DNA from: Macrostomum lignano
Lineage: Eukaryota
DNA: 49,280 nt
Assembly (NCBI GenBank): GCA_002269645.1
Contig: NIVC01003552.1
Location: 1 to 49,280 of the forward strand
Direction: 5' to 3'
The position numbers were made by a program, and so were the translations under genes. Positions 1 to 12,600 of the stretch are shown here, piece by piece (position 1 is the stretch's first letter; each line of letters starts with the position of its first letter). Under the pieces are notes generated by a model. That model did not search any database and had not been told where the DNA came from. It was given only the letters and a program-made list of their open reading frames with translations.

Positions 1-646
1 AATGCTTAAAGTAATTGTTCAAGAATACAAATAATTAAAATTTTGATTAACAGCAAAATGCACTTCATTATAGTGTAGCGATTGCCTAGTACTTCGTATA
101 TCAATTGAACAAACGCGCGAAGCTTAAAAATGCATATTTTGTCTACTATAAGTAGTTTATAGGTTACATATGTATAAAAAGTAAAACAAAAATGAACGAA
201 TTTCGGGCCAGAAAATGCTGCAGTAATATCTCTATGCAAATAGTTTGCTACTATATATAATTAGAGTAATTTGAATTGGCACAGCCAAATTTCTATAATG
301 GCGTACTAGAAACGGCTTTCTAAGAGTAATTGTGTTATTTCTTAGAAAAAGCGTGTAAAATGTGTGCTGAATAGTTGGAATTAAGCTACATATCACAACT
401 GATATTTGTCACACTATAATTGTAATGCTATGAATATAATAAATACACAGCACTACGTCTGATATTGATAAAAGATAGTGTGCAGGGTGAAAATAAATCT
501 ATTTAAACAAAAATTTAAGTTCGCTTTTAACTAAAAAAACCCAGATAGGATTTGGTAGTGAAAATTCACAATAAAATTTTTTTTTTGGGTATGTGAACTG
601 TTTCTACTTTCTAGCTGATAATCGTAGCTTAACTACAATTCAATAC

Positions 647-3600
647 CTTCATCGATAAATCGAATTCCATCGGAAAACGTGACGCTGGACTCCGAGCTGA
701 TGTGATGAGCGGCGATGGCGTCCCGCTTCATCGTGTGCACTTTGCGGATGATACGAGGGATTTTGGTATGAAGAAGTCACTCCCCCAAATTTGGATAATT
801 CTGACCCAAAAAGTGACGCTCTAGACCCTAAAAGTATCGTTTTTGACACTAAAAGTGGAGTCCCTGCATATCCCTGAAAGAGGCAGCTCTTACATGTACT
901 TATTTGTGGGTAAAAGCAAGAATTTACAGCTAGGGGCACATCAAAAAGAAAAACGGGAAAACGTACGTTGTCTAATAAAAATTGACAAATAAGCTCACGT
1001 GTTGAATGATTTAAGTGCGCTGGTTTCCTGGAAAAGGCTGCATTTAAACAAAATTTCCAGAGGTAAATGCACTGACTTAGGCAGGGATTATCAATCTTCG
1101 CCCCCCATTGGGAAGGCAACAAAGAAGGGAATAACATTTTCGAAAACAGAATACATTTAGTAAGCCTTGTACAGCTTAAAAAAGCATCAAACCTGAAAGA
1201 CGATGTCAGCATCCACTAAGAGCCTTAGACCATGGCCAAACCCTAACCCTCAACTTGATGCTTGGCCTAGCGATTCCTATTTGATTTTAGCATCTCAGCA
1301 ATCTCCCCATTAGCCTTTTTTGCTATGCGGAAAATTATCACTGCTATCAAGGACCACTTCTACTTCCGTTGTATGACCCCTCCTGTGTCTTTATGACCCC
1401 TAATGTGTCTGTATGATCCTTCTGTGTCTGTATGACCCCTCCTCTGTCTACATGACATCTTGACCTAACTATCAGCATCGCCAATTCTCTAATGAAGCAC
1501 CACTAGAAGTAACGTTGTAACTTCTGCTTGTGTTCCTTGCCAATTAATGCCCGTAGCTAAGCTTTCAGCTTACGTTGCTACGTCACGCAGAGCAGCTAGT
1601 TTCGCTTACCTCGACCGCTAAAATTAATGGGCGACCGTTCGTACTCGCAGATCTCCAACTGAGTCTCCTGACTGCCGTCGCCCGCCTGCAATCTGCGACG
1701 CTTTGGCACCGCCTGCGGCATGTTGTCCCCGCCGACCCCGGCAGCATCTGAGCCGGAGTTTTGACCCGGGCCGCTCTTGGTGAAGAAGTAGGCGGGCAGG
1801 TAGCCCGTTTGAGCAGTCTGGACGAGGGCTGAGATGGCGTTCGAGTTTAGGTTTCGGGATTAGCTGTTGTTTGGGTCTGCAACTGTCTCCTGTGATCTTT
1901 TATTCTCCTCTCCTCTCCTCTCCTCTCCTCTCCTCTCCTCTCCTCTCCTCTCCTCTCCTCTCCTTTCCTCTCCTCTCCTCCTCTCCTCTCCTCTCCTCTC
2001 CTCTCCTCTCCTCTCCTCTCCTCTCCTCTCCTCTCCTCTCCTCTCCTCTCCTCTGCTCTCTCTCCTCTCTCTCCTCTCCTCTCCTCTCTCTGCTCTCTCT
2101 CCTCTCCTCTCCTCTCCTCTCCTCTCCTCTCCTCTCCTCTCCTCTCCTCTTCTCTCCTCTCCTTTCCTCTCCTCTCCTCTCCTCTCCTTTTCCCTCCTCT
2201 TCTCCTTTTCTGCAGTCACTACTCTAGGTCACTTAAATCAAATCTACTCCTGCAGCAATACGATTTCTCAGCTCACCTTTGGTAGTGGACTGGTCAACAG
2301 GACTCTGTGCAGTCACGACTGTCTTTGTATAATTTTTCTCGAAATCTTTTTTCGCATACAAAGGCTGATAAAAGTCGCCGACGAGAACTTTGATAACTTT
2401 GCCGACCTCTCTAAGCTTCACCTTTTTGCTGTTCTGGAAGTTTTATAAGAACAGTACTAAAGGAAATTACTTGTTATTGATTGGTAAGAAGGATTTAAAC
2501 AAAATAATTCAAATGAAATTTGTGCCTCCATGCGACAACTTGCACATTATGAAAAATAGTTTTTTTACGATGAATATATGCGAAATAGTTCAAAACAAAA
2601 ATTACGACCATTTTCTTGTATAACTAAACAGCTCAAAGCTTGGCTCTCATCTCTGACAGTGGATTGGAGTCCTGGGTTGGATGTTCGTCCCGAATCGGGG
2701 AAAACCGGCTGAGTCCGGGTTCCTCTTGCCCCTTGTTGCCCCTCTCCGCCCCCTTGGCCTGGCCTCCAATATAGAGCTGAATAGGTGATACCCTTGGGCT
2801 CGCAGCCCTGTAGGTAGCCGGTCTTCCTGTCTGACAGGAGACTCGCCCTCGGAAACAAGCCTTCCAGACTCACTCCAATTATCAAGCCATTTCCGTAGAC
2901 TTCAGGATATTCCCTGCTCTCGGACCGCTTTCAGTAGTAACCCAAACATTCTTTCATTCCAATTCCTTTTTCGCGCACTCCCGACTTGTCTGCTGGGTGG
3001 TGGCCTGGGTGGACTCGGTCCTAGCACCGTCCCTGATTCCACTTTTGGGTTGGCGGTGTCTTAGTCCATAGGCTTGGGTTAGTAGCCCCAATTAGTATTA
3101 TCTCCCTGGCCATGACGTCAGGTCTCAATCTGGGCTGCTCGGGCTATATGCCCCTGGTAGATGTGCCCCCTATACTCAGCGGCAGAGCCCTTCCCTGGGC
3201 TGATCCGCGGGAGCCTTTGGCTACCCACCCTCGTTTAACAACAACAACAAACAGCTCAAAGCGGGTGGAATTTTTTAGAAATGTTAAAATAAACAAATGA
3301 TACGCTAAAAATGCTGTCTGTTCCAGCCATGCAAATGGTTGCAGTTGTATGATAATTTACTATGATATTTTCAAGATCAAAATCATATAGTCAAAAATTA
3401 ACTTTCTATTGTGCTGAAAGCGGCGACTTCAATGCTAAGGTGCTGTGCTGACAAATGAGCTCATAATTCTTTAGTATGAGCTCCCCTTTGTAAACGAAAA
3501 TAGTGTGTGATATTCCTAACAAAATAAACAATATACGCGGTGCACTCGTTTGGGTTTTGTGAACAAAAAATTTGCAAAGTTTTTTTCGCGGAGAATTCCA

Positions 3601-6600
3601 GTATTCTCAGCTGACAAGTTCTTAAAAAAATGCAAAATTAAACTTTAAGAATGAAAAACGCAATTGCTTCTACTGATAGTAGCATAAATATGCGTTTCGT
3701 TTACTAAATATGAAACTTTATCGTCACCTTTCTGTTTGCTTGGGCGCTGGCACCCCAAATAGCATAGCCCTATAAAATAGAGGGCGGTTTGGAAAAATAT
3801 GATTCCATCAACTTATGCAGTTCAGACACGGTTAATATAGAGCGAATTAATATTGAAAATATTGTGATAACACTTTGAGGTCTACCGGTTACCCACACTT
3901 TACACAAGTGATTATATAGATCTACGAGTAAAATCGATAGACAGACGTGTAAGTAGTATGTTGAAAAAAGATAGTTAAACAAATAAGCTACCTTGCTAAA
4001 CTTCACTTTAAACTTCTCAGCTACCCCTCCACACACTTGCATTCGTTAATTACTTTAAAATTTACACGTAATACAGCTACATGTAAAATGAATCATTCAG
4101 TCATATTTAGCACGTGTCGCACGCTTTATTATTAATATTAGTATTATTATATTATCTGGGCTAAACTATACCAACGGTAAAACTAACCCGCAAATCACAA
4201 TTTGGGCAAAAAAGCAAAATACTAACGGTATTAGGCTGGGGGTGCAGGCTGTTGTGCGGTCAGTGAGCGCTCCCTTCCCGGACAGTTTCTGGCCGAACAA
4301 ATTTAAGCATATAGTTCAGTAAACTGTGATTTAGGTGTAGCCACGTTTCCTAGGGGTGTTAGTGGAACACAACTGGGCTGATTTACATGTATACCCAACA
4401 CTATTAACAACATTGGTATACGCGAAAGAAAAGCTTCTATGAACTCATGAGTACTGCTCATATTCGTCTTATTATTTTCCTTGGCAAGGTTTCTATTCTT
4501 TTTCTGCCTGTAACTTATATAGCTAACAAAAACGATGTTTGCTTTTGAACTGTTCTATATTGTATGCGCAGATAGAGCAAATATAAGTGTATCCCACTTA
4601 GCCTATACCCATTGTTTATCCTACTAGTGTTTCACTCGTCTTGCCATAGACAACACTCTTTCTATATTCTCCGGTACCATAGACATCACTCTCCATATTC
4701 TCCAGTGCCATAGACATCACTCTCCATATTCCCCGGTACCATAGACATCACTCTCTATACTCTCCACTGCCATAGACAACACTCTCCATACTCTCCAGTG
4801 CCATAGACATCACTCTCCGTACTCTCCAGTGCCATAGACATCACTCTCCATATTCTCCAGTGCCATAGACATCACTCTCCATATTCTCCACTGCCATAGA
4901 CAACACTCTCCATACTCTCCAGTGCCATAGACATCACTCTCCATACTCTCCAGTGCCATAGATAACACCTCATCATATTCTACATGGGATACATTTTATT
5001 ATTCCCCTGAAACTTGGCCAATACATTTGGCCTCATCTACTCGTTTCAGAAGAATAATACACATGTAGAAAAAGTTTTACAAGTTGAAACAAATGGAACA
5101 GATAGACAGACAACAATTATAGCAAAAAACTGGAAGCAACATTGATAAAAGAAGTGTTCACAAAGTATCTAATAAAATATGTTAGTTCTAACTAAAGCCT
5201 CTAAGTTGTAAAACGACACGAATAAAATAAATCGACAACGACCAAGAAAAAGCAGATCTGACAGCCAATCAGAATAGGCGATGTTTTTTACCCCATTCTC
5301 CTGCTTCTGATTTCGCTTCATCCGCTGTCGAGCTTTGTACTCTTTCAATCGGCGACCGAGCGATCGCTATTGGTTCAATAATATTATATTAATGATTACG
5401 AGTATGATAAGCATCAGTAGTCAATCTCCATCTCCAGTCATGCAGAGTGAAAGCAAGCTGAGCATAAAAGAAGCAATCGCTAACATGTGCAGGTGCAGGA
5501 CTCACCCTGTGCGACCGGTGATATTCCCACAGCTGGTGAAATATTGCCACCTTTGAGCTCTGAAATTACAAAAGTTTTCCCCGAGGGGGGTTAGGATTGA
5601 GTACTGAGTCTCAGAGCATCAGCGCAAGTCATTTCTCCCCTCCGACTAAGAATGCCGGTCACATAGGCCGAAAGAGTTCGCAAAACTTTAATCCCTTTAT
5701 TTTCTCTCGCCTTTCGCCTTTTCTATATTTTTTGGCGCCAGGAATCCCGCACGGTGGTAGCGCGCATGTGGATCGTTTGGTTCTCAGGCTGAAAGTTCAT
5801 TCAAAACTCATTCATCTCTTCAAGTGGAGGGCAAAGGATGGAGAGAGGGAGGGGGAGCTGGGAATGGGGGAAGGCGTGCACCTTGGCTGAGCTGAGCAAC
5901 TAACTCTGTCGCCTCAAGACACCGCTGCTTCCTTCTGCCAGTCTTTCAGCTGCTGAGCAAGAAGATCGACTCCTGCCCAGCCTCCTCTCTCTCTCTCTCT
6001 CTCTTCTCCCATTTTCAATTCACCAGCCGCTTCCTTTATCGCCGGGGCAGACACCGCATCTTTTTTTTACTCTCTCCCCCCCTCTCTCTCTTCTCTCTTT
6101 TGCACCGACCTCACATTTTTGTTGGCCTTTCTTTATTCTAGCATGCTGGCTTCGTAAAAGGCCCGGGCGTTTCCATGCAGGGCAATCTCCGTCATAGCCG
6201 TCGCCAACCCAACCCCTTGCTGGCTCCCAGCCTGCAGCACTCCCCCGCGTCTTGCCTCACTGCCTCCTCCACCTCTCTCTCTCTCTCTCTCTCAACAGTA
6301 AAACTTGAACAGTATGAAGGAGACTCCCCCGTAATTTAAAGTGCGAATAATGCGGCATTTTTGGGTGTCACTTTCTAAGTTCGGTGTAGTTGCCCCTTGG
6401 CCACTAATTGCCCCCTTCGGGGGGGATTACAACTAACAAACAACTCAAACAGTTTTTTTTAACCCAGATATTTATTCCAAATATCTCGCCATTATTGCCA
6501 TTGTCTTACCAAGCGCTTCAGCTGATCCGTATACAGCTTCTCAAGTATGTAGATTGACAAAAAGTCCTCCAAAGAGAATCCCTGCTCAAGGAACAGCTTC

Positions 6601-9600
6601 ACAAAGTCGTGCCTGTCCTCCATGAGAGCCTGGTACATGTACTCGTTCAGGTCACCTTTCTGTAAACATCATCATTTTTATACAGATTGCAGTTGCTGTC
6701 TGGGCTGACTTATGCCAGCGTTAATATATAAGAAAATTAATATTTCTCCCTAACCCACCTTCCATTTCTTGTTCTCCAAGAAGATCTTGTCCCTAGCAAT
6801 ATCGGCTCTGTTCAGGGTCAGGCAAATCTTCAGCTGCTTCAGGTTGAGCTGGTCCTCGCCGCCCTCGCTGCCAGCTGAAATTTATTAACAAAATATTTCA
6901 CAACAGACTGAGAAGTGTCTCTTAGAAACTGTATTTGACAATCTATCTTCGTCACTGGGTCTTCAAGCTCAAGCTCCAGTGTCCTGAGCAGGGGCGTCGC
7001 CATACATCTTATGGTGGGGAGAGGGGAGACAAAGCCATGAATTAAACATGTAAAATGACTAAATTATTACATTTCCATTATTTTAAGAATCGTTTTGTCA
7101 ACGCACATTTTGGCGCCGCACGTACTCATTTTTAGCGCCGCAGGCACTCATTCTGGCGCCGCAGGCACTCATTCTGGCGCCGCATGCACTCATTTCAGCG
7201 CCGCAGGCACTCATTTAGCGCCACATGCACTCATTTTAGTGCCAAAGGCACTCATTTTGGCGCTGCAGGCACTCATTTTGGCGCTGCAGGCACTCATTTT
7301 GGCACCGAAGGCACTCATTTTGGCGCCGAAGGCACTCATTTTGGCGCTGCAGGCACTCATTTTGGCGCCGCAAGCACTCATTTTAGCGCCGCAAGCACTC
7401 ATTTTAGCGCCGCAGGCACTCATTTTGGCGCCGCAAGCACTCATTTTAGCGCCGCAGGCAACCATTTTGGCGCCGAAGGCGCTCGTTTTGGCGCCGCAGG
7501 CGCTATGTTTTGATGCCCTGAAGAAATTGATTAACACAACGAGTCACAAGGTGGGGTGGGGGGACAAAGCATTGGCATTGGGGTGGGGGACAAAGCATTG
7601 GCATGTCCCCCATAGCTTTTACTGGGGGGACATATCCCCCGGTGGCGACGCGCTTGGTCCTGAGACCCAAACTAACCGCTGCTGAGCAAGGACGAGATCA
7701 TCTTTCCGTCCAGATCGAAGTCCTCTTCCATGTCGAAAATCTCAATGAGACTGGCGCCCTCCTTGAGCATCACGCGCAGCATGTCGATCTCTTTGGTGTA
7801 GTCGAAATAGTCGTTGCAGTTGAAGAACTCCTGGCAGATGTTGGACATTCTGAAATTGGGAGTTTCAAAAGCATGCCAAAGCTTCGTTGGACTCCCTTGA
7901 AGACTAAACCCAGGCCACAGAGAGTGTACATCCTTGACGTTGAGTAAGTCAGTGCATCGAATGGTCGACTCTCGTGAGCAGAGCTAGCGCAACGCCCCGT
8001 AAAACATTCCGTGCATGGACCCCTAAACGATTAATACAAGAATCAAACCCTTGGGGAACTTTTCATTGAGTCTTATCATCAAAATTTGAGTCTCACTTAG
8101 AATTGAAGTTTGCCTCTTGTGTCTCCTCGTCTTCTTCTTTTTTATCCACCTGGTTCTCCTCCTCGAACAGGTAGTCGAATGCGCTGGAGAGCACGTCTGC
8201 CGCACCGGCCGTTCCCTAGGCAACCGAGGTTTGGATTGAAATCCATACTTTGTTATAATTACTTGTTATCGTAGTCCGTTGTTCGTAGTATCCAAATTGC
8301 GGTATAAAAGCTTCACTGAAGTACCCGATTCTGAAGGAGTAGTATCCCATTAATTCCCAGCTTTTGAACTCCCTTTGGCCAATGTCAAAGGCATCACTCC
8401 AAGAGGCTTGCATCCGGTAGTCCACCTATACATGAACTTAGAATAACTTTTTTAAGTTTAATTTGTCTTGGGCAATTAGTGAACTCGTTGGGAGTGAATC
8501 AATGAGCAAATCAGTTGGCTCTTTCTTCGGTAAGAGCGAGTTTTTCCTGCTGGGATTATCGCTCCAACAAAATCCAGATTTAAACCAGTTTTGTACAACT
8601 AATGTGAAACAATAGTTAAATTTGCATGATTAATTGTTTTCGAGTTTATGAGTTTTTTTTTTGTTATCGAGCTCATGAATATGACGGGCAAAAGCTTCGC
8701 AATAAAGCTTCTCCAGTTGGACTGGACGGCAAAGAAATCTTTTCCTCGTAGTTGGCCTTGGAGGTCAACAGGACGGGGCTGCCCAGAGCCGGTAAATGAT
8801 TCAAAACTCTGGCTGGGCCGTTCATCGGCCACCCCAGCTCTCTCACATTTTGCCTGACCAGTTGCAGCACCCACTCTGTTCTCCTGATTAAAGAAGTGCA
8901 TCACAATGTCCAGGTCCTTGGCGGAACCATGACCATTCTACCAGCACCGGCCTCTCAAATCTCCTTGAGCGGCTGGAGCAGAGAAACTGGCGAAGCGGAG
9001 GAGAAAGTGTGCAGGGATTTGTTTGTAGAACCGATGGGGAGAGGTGGTGAGGAAGTTCAGTACGAGAACCTGAGACCCGTAGTTAGGCCTGCGAAAGGCA
9101 AAGTTTTTTTCTTTGTTTTACAATGGAGCGCAAAAAAGATGCCGGGGAAATGGAATGGGGAAAAATTAAATAGAGATGGGCAAAAAAACGAGGATGCCAG
9201 ATCTCGTTCTCTGGACTGTCAGCAATCCCTAGGAATCTGGAATCTTACAGACCCTTACTGCATGTTTGCACTGGATCCGGTGGACTCGTGGAACGACATA
9301 AGCCGAGGAAAAATGCCATGACAAAAAATGAGAAGACAAGACCGAGCCAACACGCGAAATTTAGTCAGGCAGCAGCTGAGATGACAGACAAGCAGATGAG
9401 GAATAGATTGCATTTGTACAGCTGCTGCCTGTGCTCCGGACGAAAATGCAGGATCATCTATGTCTAAAATTCATTTCGCATAGTTATTCCCCCAGTTCTG
9501 TGAGGTTTCTCGAATCGCTATTCTCTGCCATGCAGGTAATATTGATTGACCGCAGCCACGTGCTGATAACTATTTAAGTTCTGTACGCCGGTTTTTTAAT

Positions 9601-12600
9601 AGGAAATTCACGGGGCTCACCTTGACGGCCACAATCGGGCACTTGGTCTCAGTGAGCGCGTAGAAGACCTGCTCCAATGCGAAACGGTCGCCCCCAATAA
9701 GCAGGCCGCACATGGGCACCTTTAGCTGCTTATTCTCCTCGTCTGTCCAGCTGCTAATTACGTGGGAGAACCTGGTCCTAAATGGACAATCGTAACCTTT
9801 CTTCTGATCGGTGGCGCCTGTGTCCACCAGGAAGTAGTGCGTGTGATTTGGGTCCAATGGTGACTCGTCCTCGTCGCTGGCTCGCAACTCCTTAGGCTTG
9901 CTGGAGTCAGACTCCTCAGACTGGTAGGTCGCTGGTACCGAGCCCTAGTGAATTGCGAATGGAAACAAGCACGAGAATGAAGCAAGATTCAAGATTTTTA
10001 AAGTTTTTCAATTCATGGTAACCATTAGGTGGTACTTAGAGCCGTCTATTGTTATCTAGGATGGTTTCCACTGACTGAAAACTTGCAAAGAGATTTGTTT
10101 GCATAGCCAATGACGTCAAGTTACTTACGGTCGGTGTACTGTCGGTAGCTCGTATTTAGAGTGTAGTGAGGGTCTTTCCATTTGATGGGCACCATTTCAT
10201 ATGAGGGACGCAAGCACCTAGGCACTATAGCTAGTTGCTACAATAGTGTCACTTATGGGTCTACCAGTTAATTCTCTCCTAACCATGTCCCCTTCATGTG
10301 GCTGTCAGAAATGGATGAAAATAGTAAGGGTCTTCATAGTATCAAAGCTCCAATGCGCATTGTGCACCCGTAGCACCCTTCTGAATCGATCCGCGCTCAC
10401 CTCAGAAATGTTTGGATCCTCGAGCGCCTCACGTCGAGCGATGCAGTTCCAACTGGCGACACCGATGGCGATCATGTAGTTGCTGCCGTAGGCGTCGGTG
10501 TAATCGCGCACCGCCTCCCCGGTGAGCTTCATGATGCCAAGGTGAAAGCCGCTAGTGACGATCCAGCAACCTGGCAAGTATTTTTTAAAATAAATATGAA
10601 ATGAAGCCGAGGAACATTGAGCTTTTTCATTGCACATTGTAAAGGCAACGCGGGGGGCTCAGCGCTGAACGCATCCAACTCTCGCGCCATGACGCCTTTG
10701 GTTTTTGGGCAGCTTCATTAATTTCCTCCATCTCTGCATCAATTAGGCCTGTAAACAGTGAGAGAATCGAGTTTACCTGGGAAAACATAATAACATTACG
10801 CATAGTAATTGATTGGGGCGCAGTTAAAACTCAATAGCATCAAGTCCATTCCGCACGCTATTCACCTTTAACCCTGAAACTAACCAACAGGGTTTATAGG
10901 ATTTATCTGCCTATCCGTCTCTCCGATACAATTCTGATTCCTAAACCGTGTCTTTTTTATTTTTTTTTGTTTTTCCCCGTCCGATGCGGATAGATTAGAC
11001 TGGGATGCGGGGGGGAGAGAATTTTGGCAGTCGCATTGGTGCAAAAACAATGAACGCGCCATACACTTAAAAGGTAGTGGAGGAGGAGGCAGAACTGCTG
11101 GAGTGGCTCAGTTGCAGGTGGCCGTCCAGATGGGCAGTTTCTGCAGAAGCAGCTTACCGCAGCACATGCATGCATTAACTGCGCATGTGCACTAAAGCCA
11201 CTGAACACTGCCTGGCCGAGAGTTTGGTCAGGCATAATTGGTAAAAAAACTACATAGTCGCCGTATTGGGAAGTCGCATGGATGGCCGACCGCGGAATTA
11301 CATTTAGTCCATGCAGTCGCAGGGGAGAGAGACCAGCTTAGACAGCCAGCTGTGTGCGCGCTTGTGTTTGTGTGTGTGTGTGACATGCTGCGGCTGTCAT
11401 TTGTCATCTTGGCCCAGGAGGAGGTTGACTTTGCCTGTTGCAGGTTGCCGCCACTGGTTGGCACTGCCGGGGAGGCCTAAGAGGCAGACTGTGCAAGTTG
11501 TGCGCCAGAGGTTCCAGAGAGAGAGAATTTGATTAAATGCATCCGCCACGAACACTTAAGAGATTTATAATGGGCTGAAACGGATTATTTGCAAGTAATT
11601 CTGAATTCATCCCGTGTTGACCTCATTTCACTGGTAATTATGCTCCCCAATTATTTACCCTGCCATAAAGCAGAGATGATTAGCAAATGGATTTAGCTAC
11701 AGCAAACACTTATAAAAGTGGGACATCAACAAAAGAACGAATCTCGCGCTTGCACGGTAAAGAAACGTTTTATGACGCGCGACCACGTGGAGTCAAACTA
11801 CTTCGTACAAATTATATGTAAATAACAAACTGACTTGCCAATGCCTCCACAGTAAAAAGTACAGGCAGGTAGAATGTTCATTTCTGCATAGCGCACAGAA
11901 TTGATTGGAGCTGGAGCACAATAGCGTAACAGTGCTACGTGTACTCTGCATATCTACATGGGTCTTATAGAGGGAGCGCGAAGCGCCACAAACAAGGGAG
12001 AACGTCACGGGTAGCAAGCACACTGTGAATAGTTTGATGATGATGCGGCAACTTGGAATGAGTGGAGAGAGAGAGACATTGCTGCTATTGTAATGAGCTA
12101 ATCAGTGCATTATAGCCGTAGGAAGTCGCGATCGTGTCTCCGATGGCAAGCGGACACAGCCTGGACCCCTGGATATGACACTACTGTCCTCCTGCACGAT
12201 TCTCTTTCTAATTTTTTTTACAACCGGGAAAAATCCCTATATAGCCGTCAACCACTGAAGCCGGCTTTGTCCTTTTAATGGAGGCCATGCAACGATTGAC
12301 GCGCTGATTTGTCGCATGTCCAGACCAGACCAAAATAAAATGGACCACAATAGAGAGAACGGTTTTATGCTTCTGTGCAGAGAATAAGTAGCACAACAAT
12401 CGGTACGTAAGCCCAATCTTCCATGTAAAAAATACGAGCGTAACTTTCTTTATCGGAACGTTTGGTGTACGCTGGGTCACTTACTAACAAGAGCTATAAA
12501 AATCTTAACAATAAAGTCCTAGTCTTAGTCTAATTGCAACCCATCCTAGGTTCTTCGACATATACGAGGATGCAGTACGCAGTACATGTACATGTATTGA

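Noticed and set aside
649-1212. 187-aa minus-strand ORF
   Set aside because: No recognisable domain, intron-like composition, and it overlaps the candidate TRPM exon 647-739 in another frame.
1249-1261. Telomere-like accctaaccct, also cctaat in the 46.4-kb array and ttagg in the 28.4-kb array
   Set aside because: Two copies at most, or embedded in longer unrelated units; compatible with chance.
2640-2705. HDV-like ribozyme at the retroposon 5' end (ggctct/ggagtc helix, cgaat)
   Set aside because: No P3/L3 with the CC needed for P1.1, and only a weak P2.
8216-9420. Short ORFs and exon-like segments in the TRPM intron 8216-9620
   Set aside because: Exon 9621 splices in phase directly to 8215 (PIVAVK-GTAGAAD), and no consistent alternative chain or homology was found.
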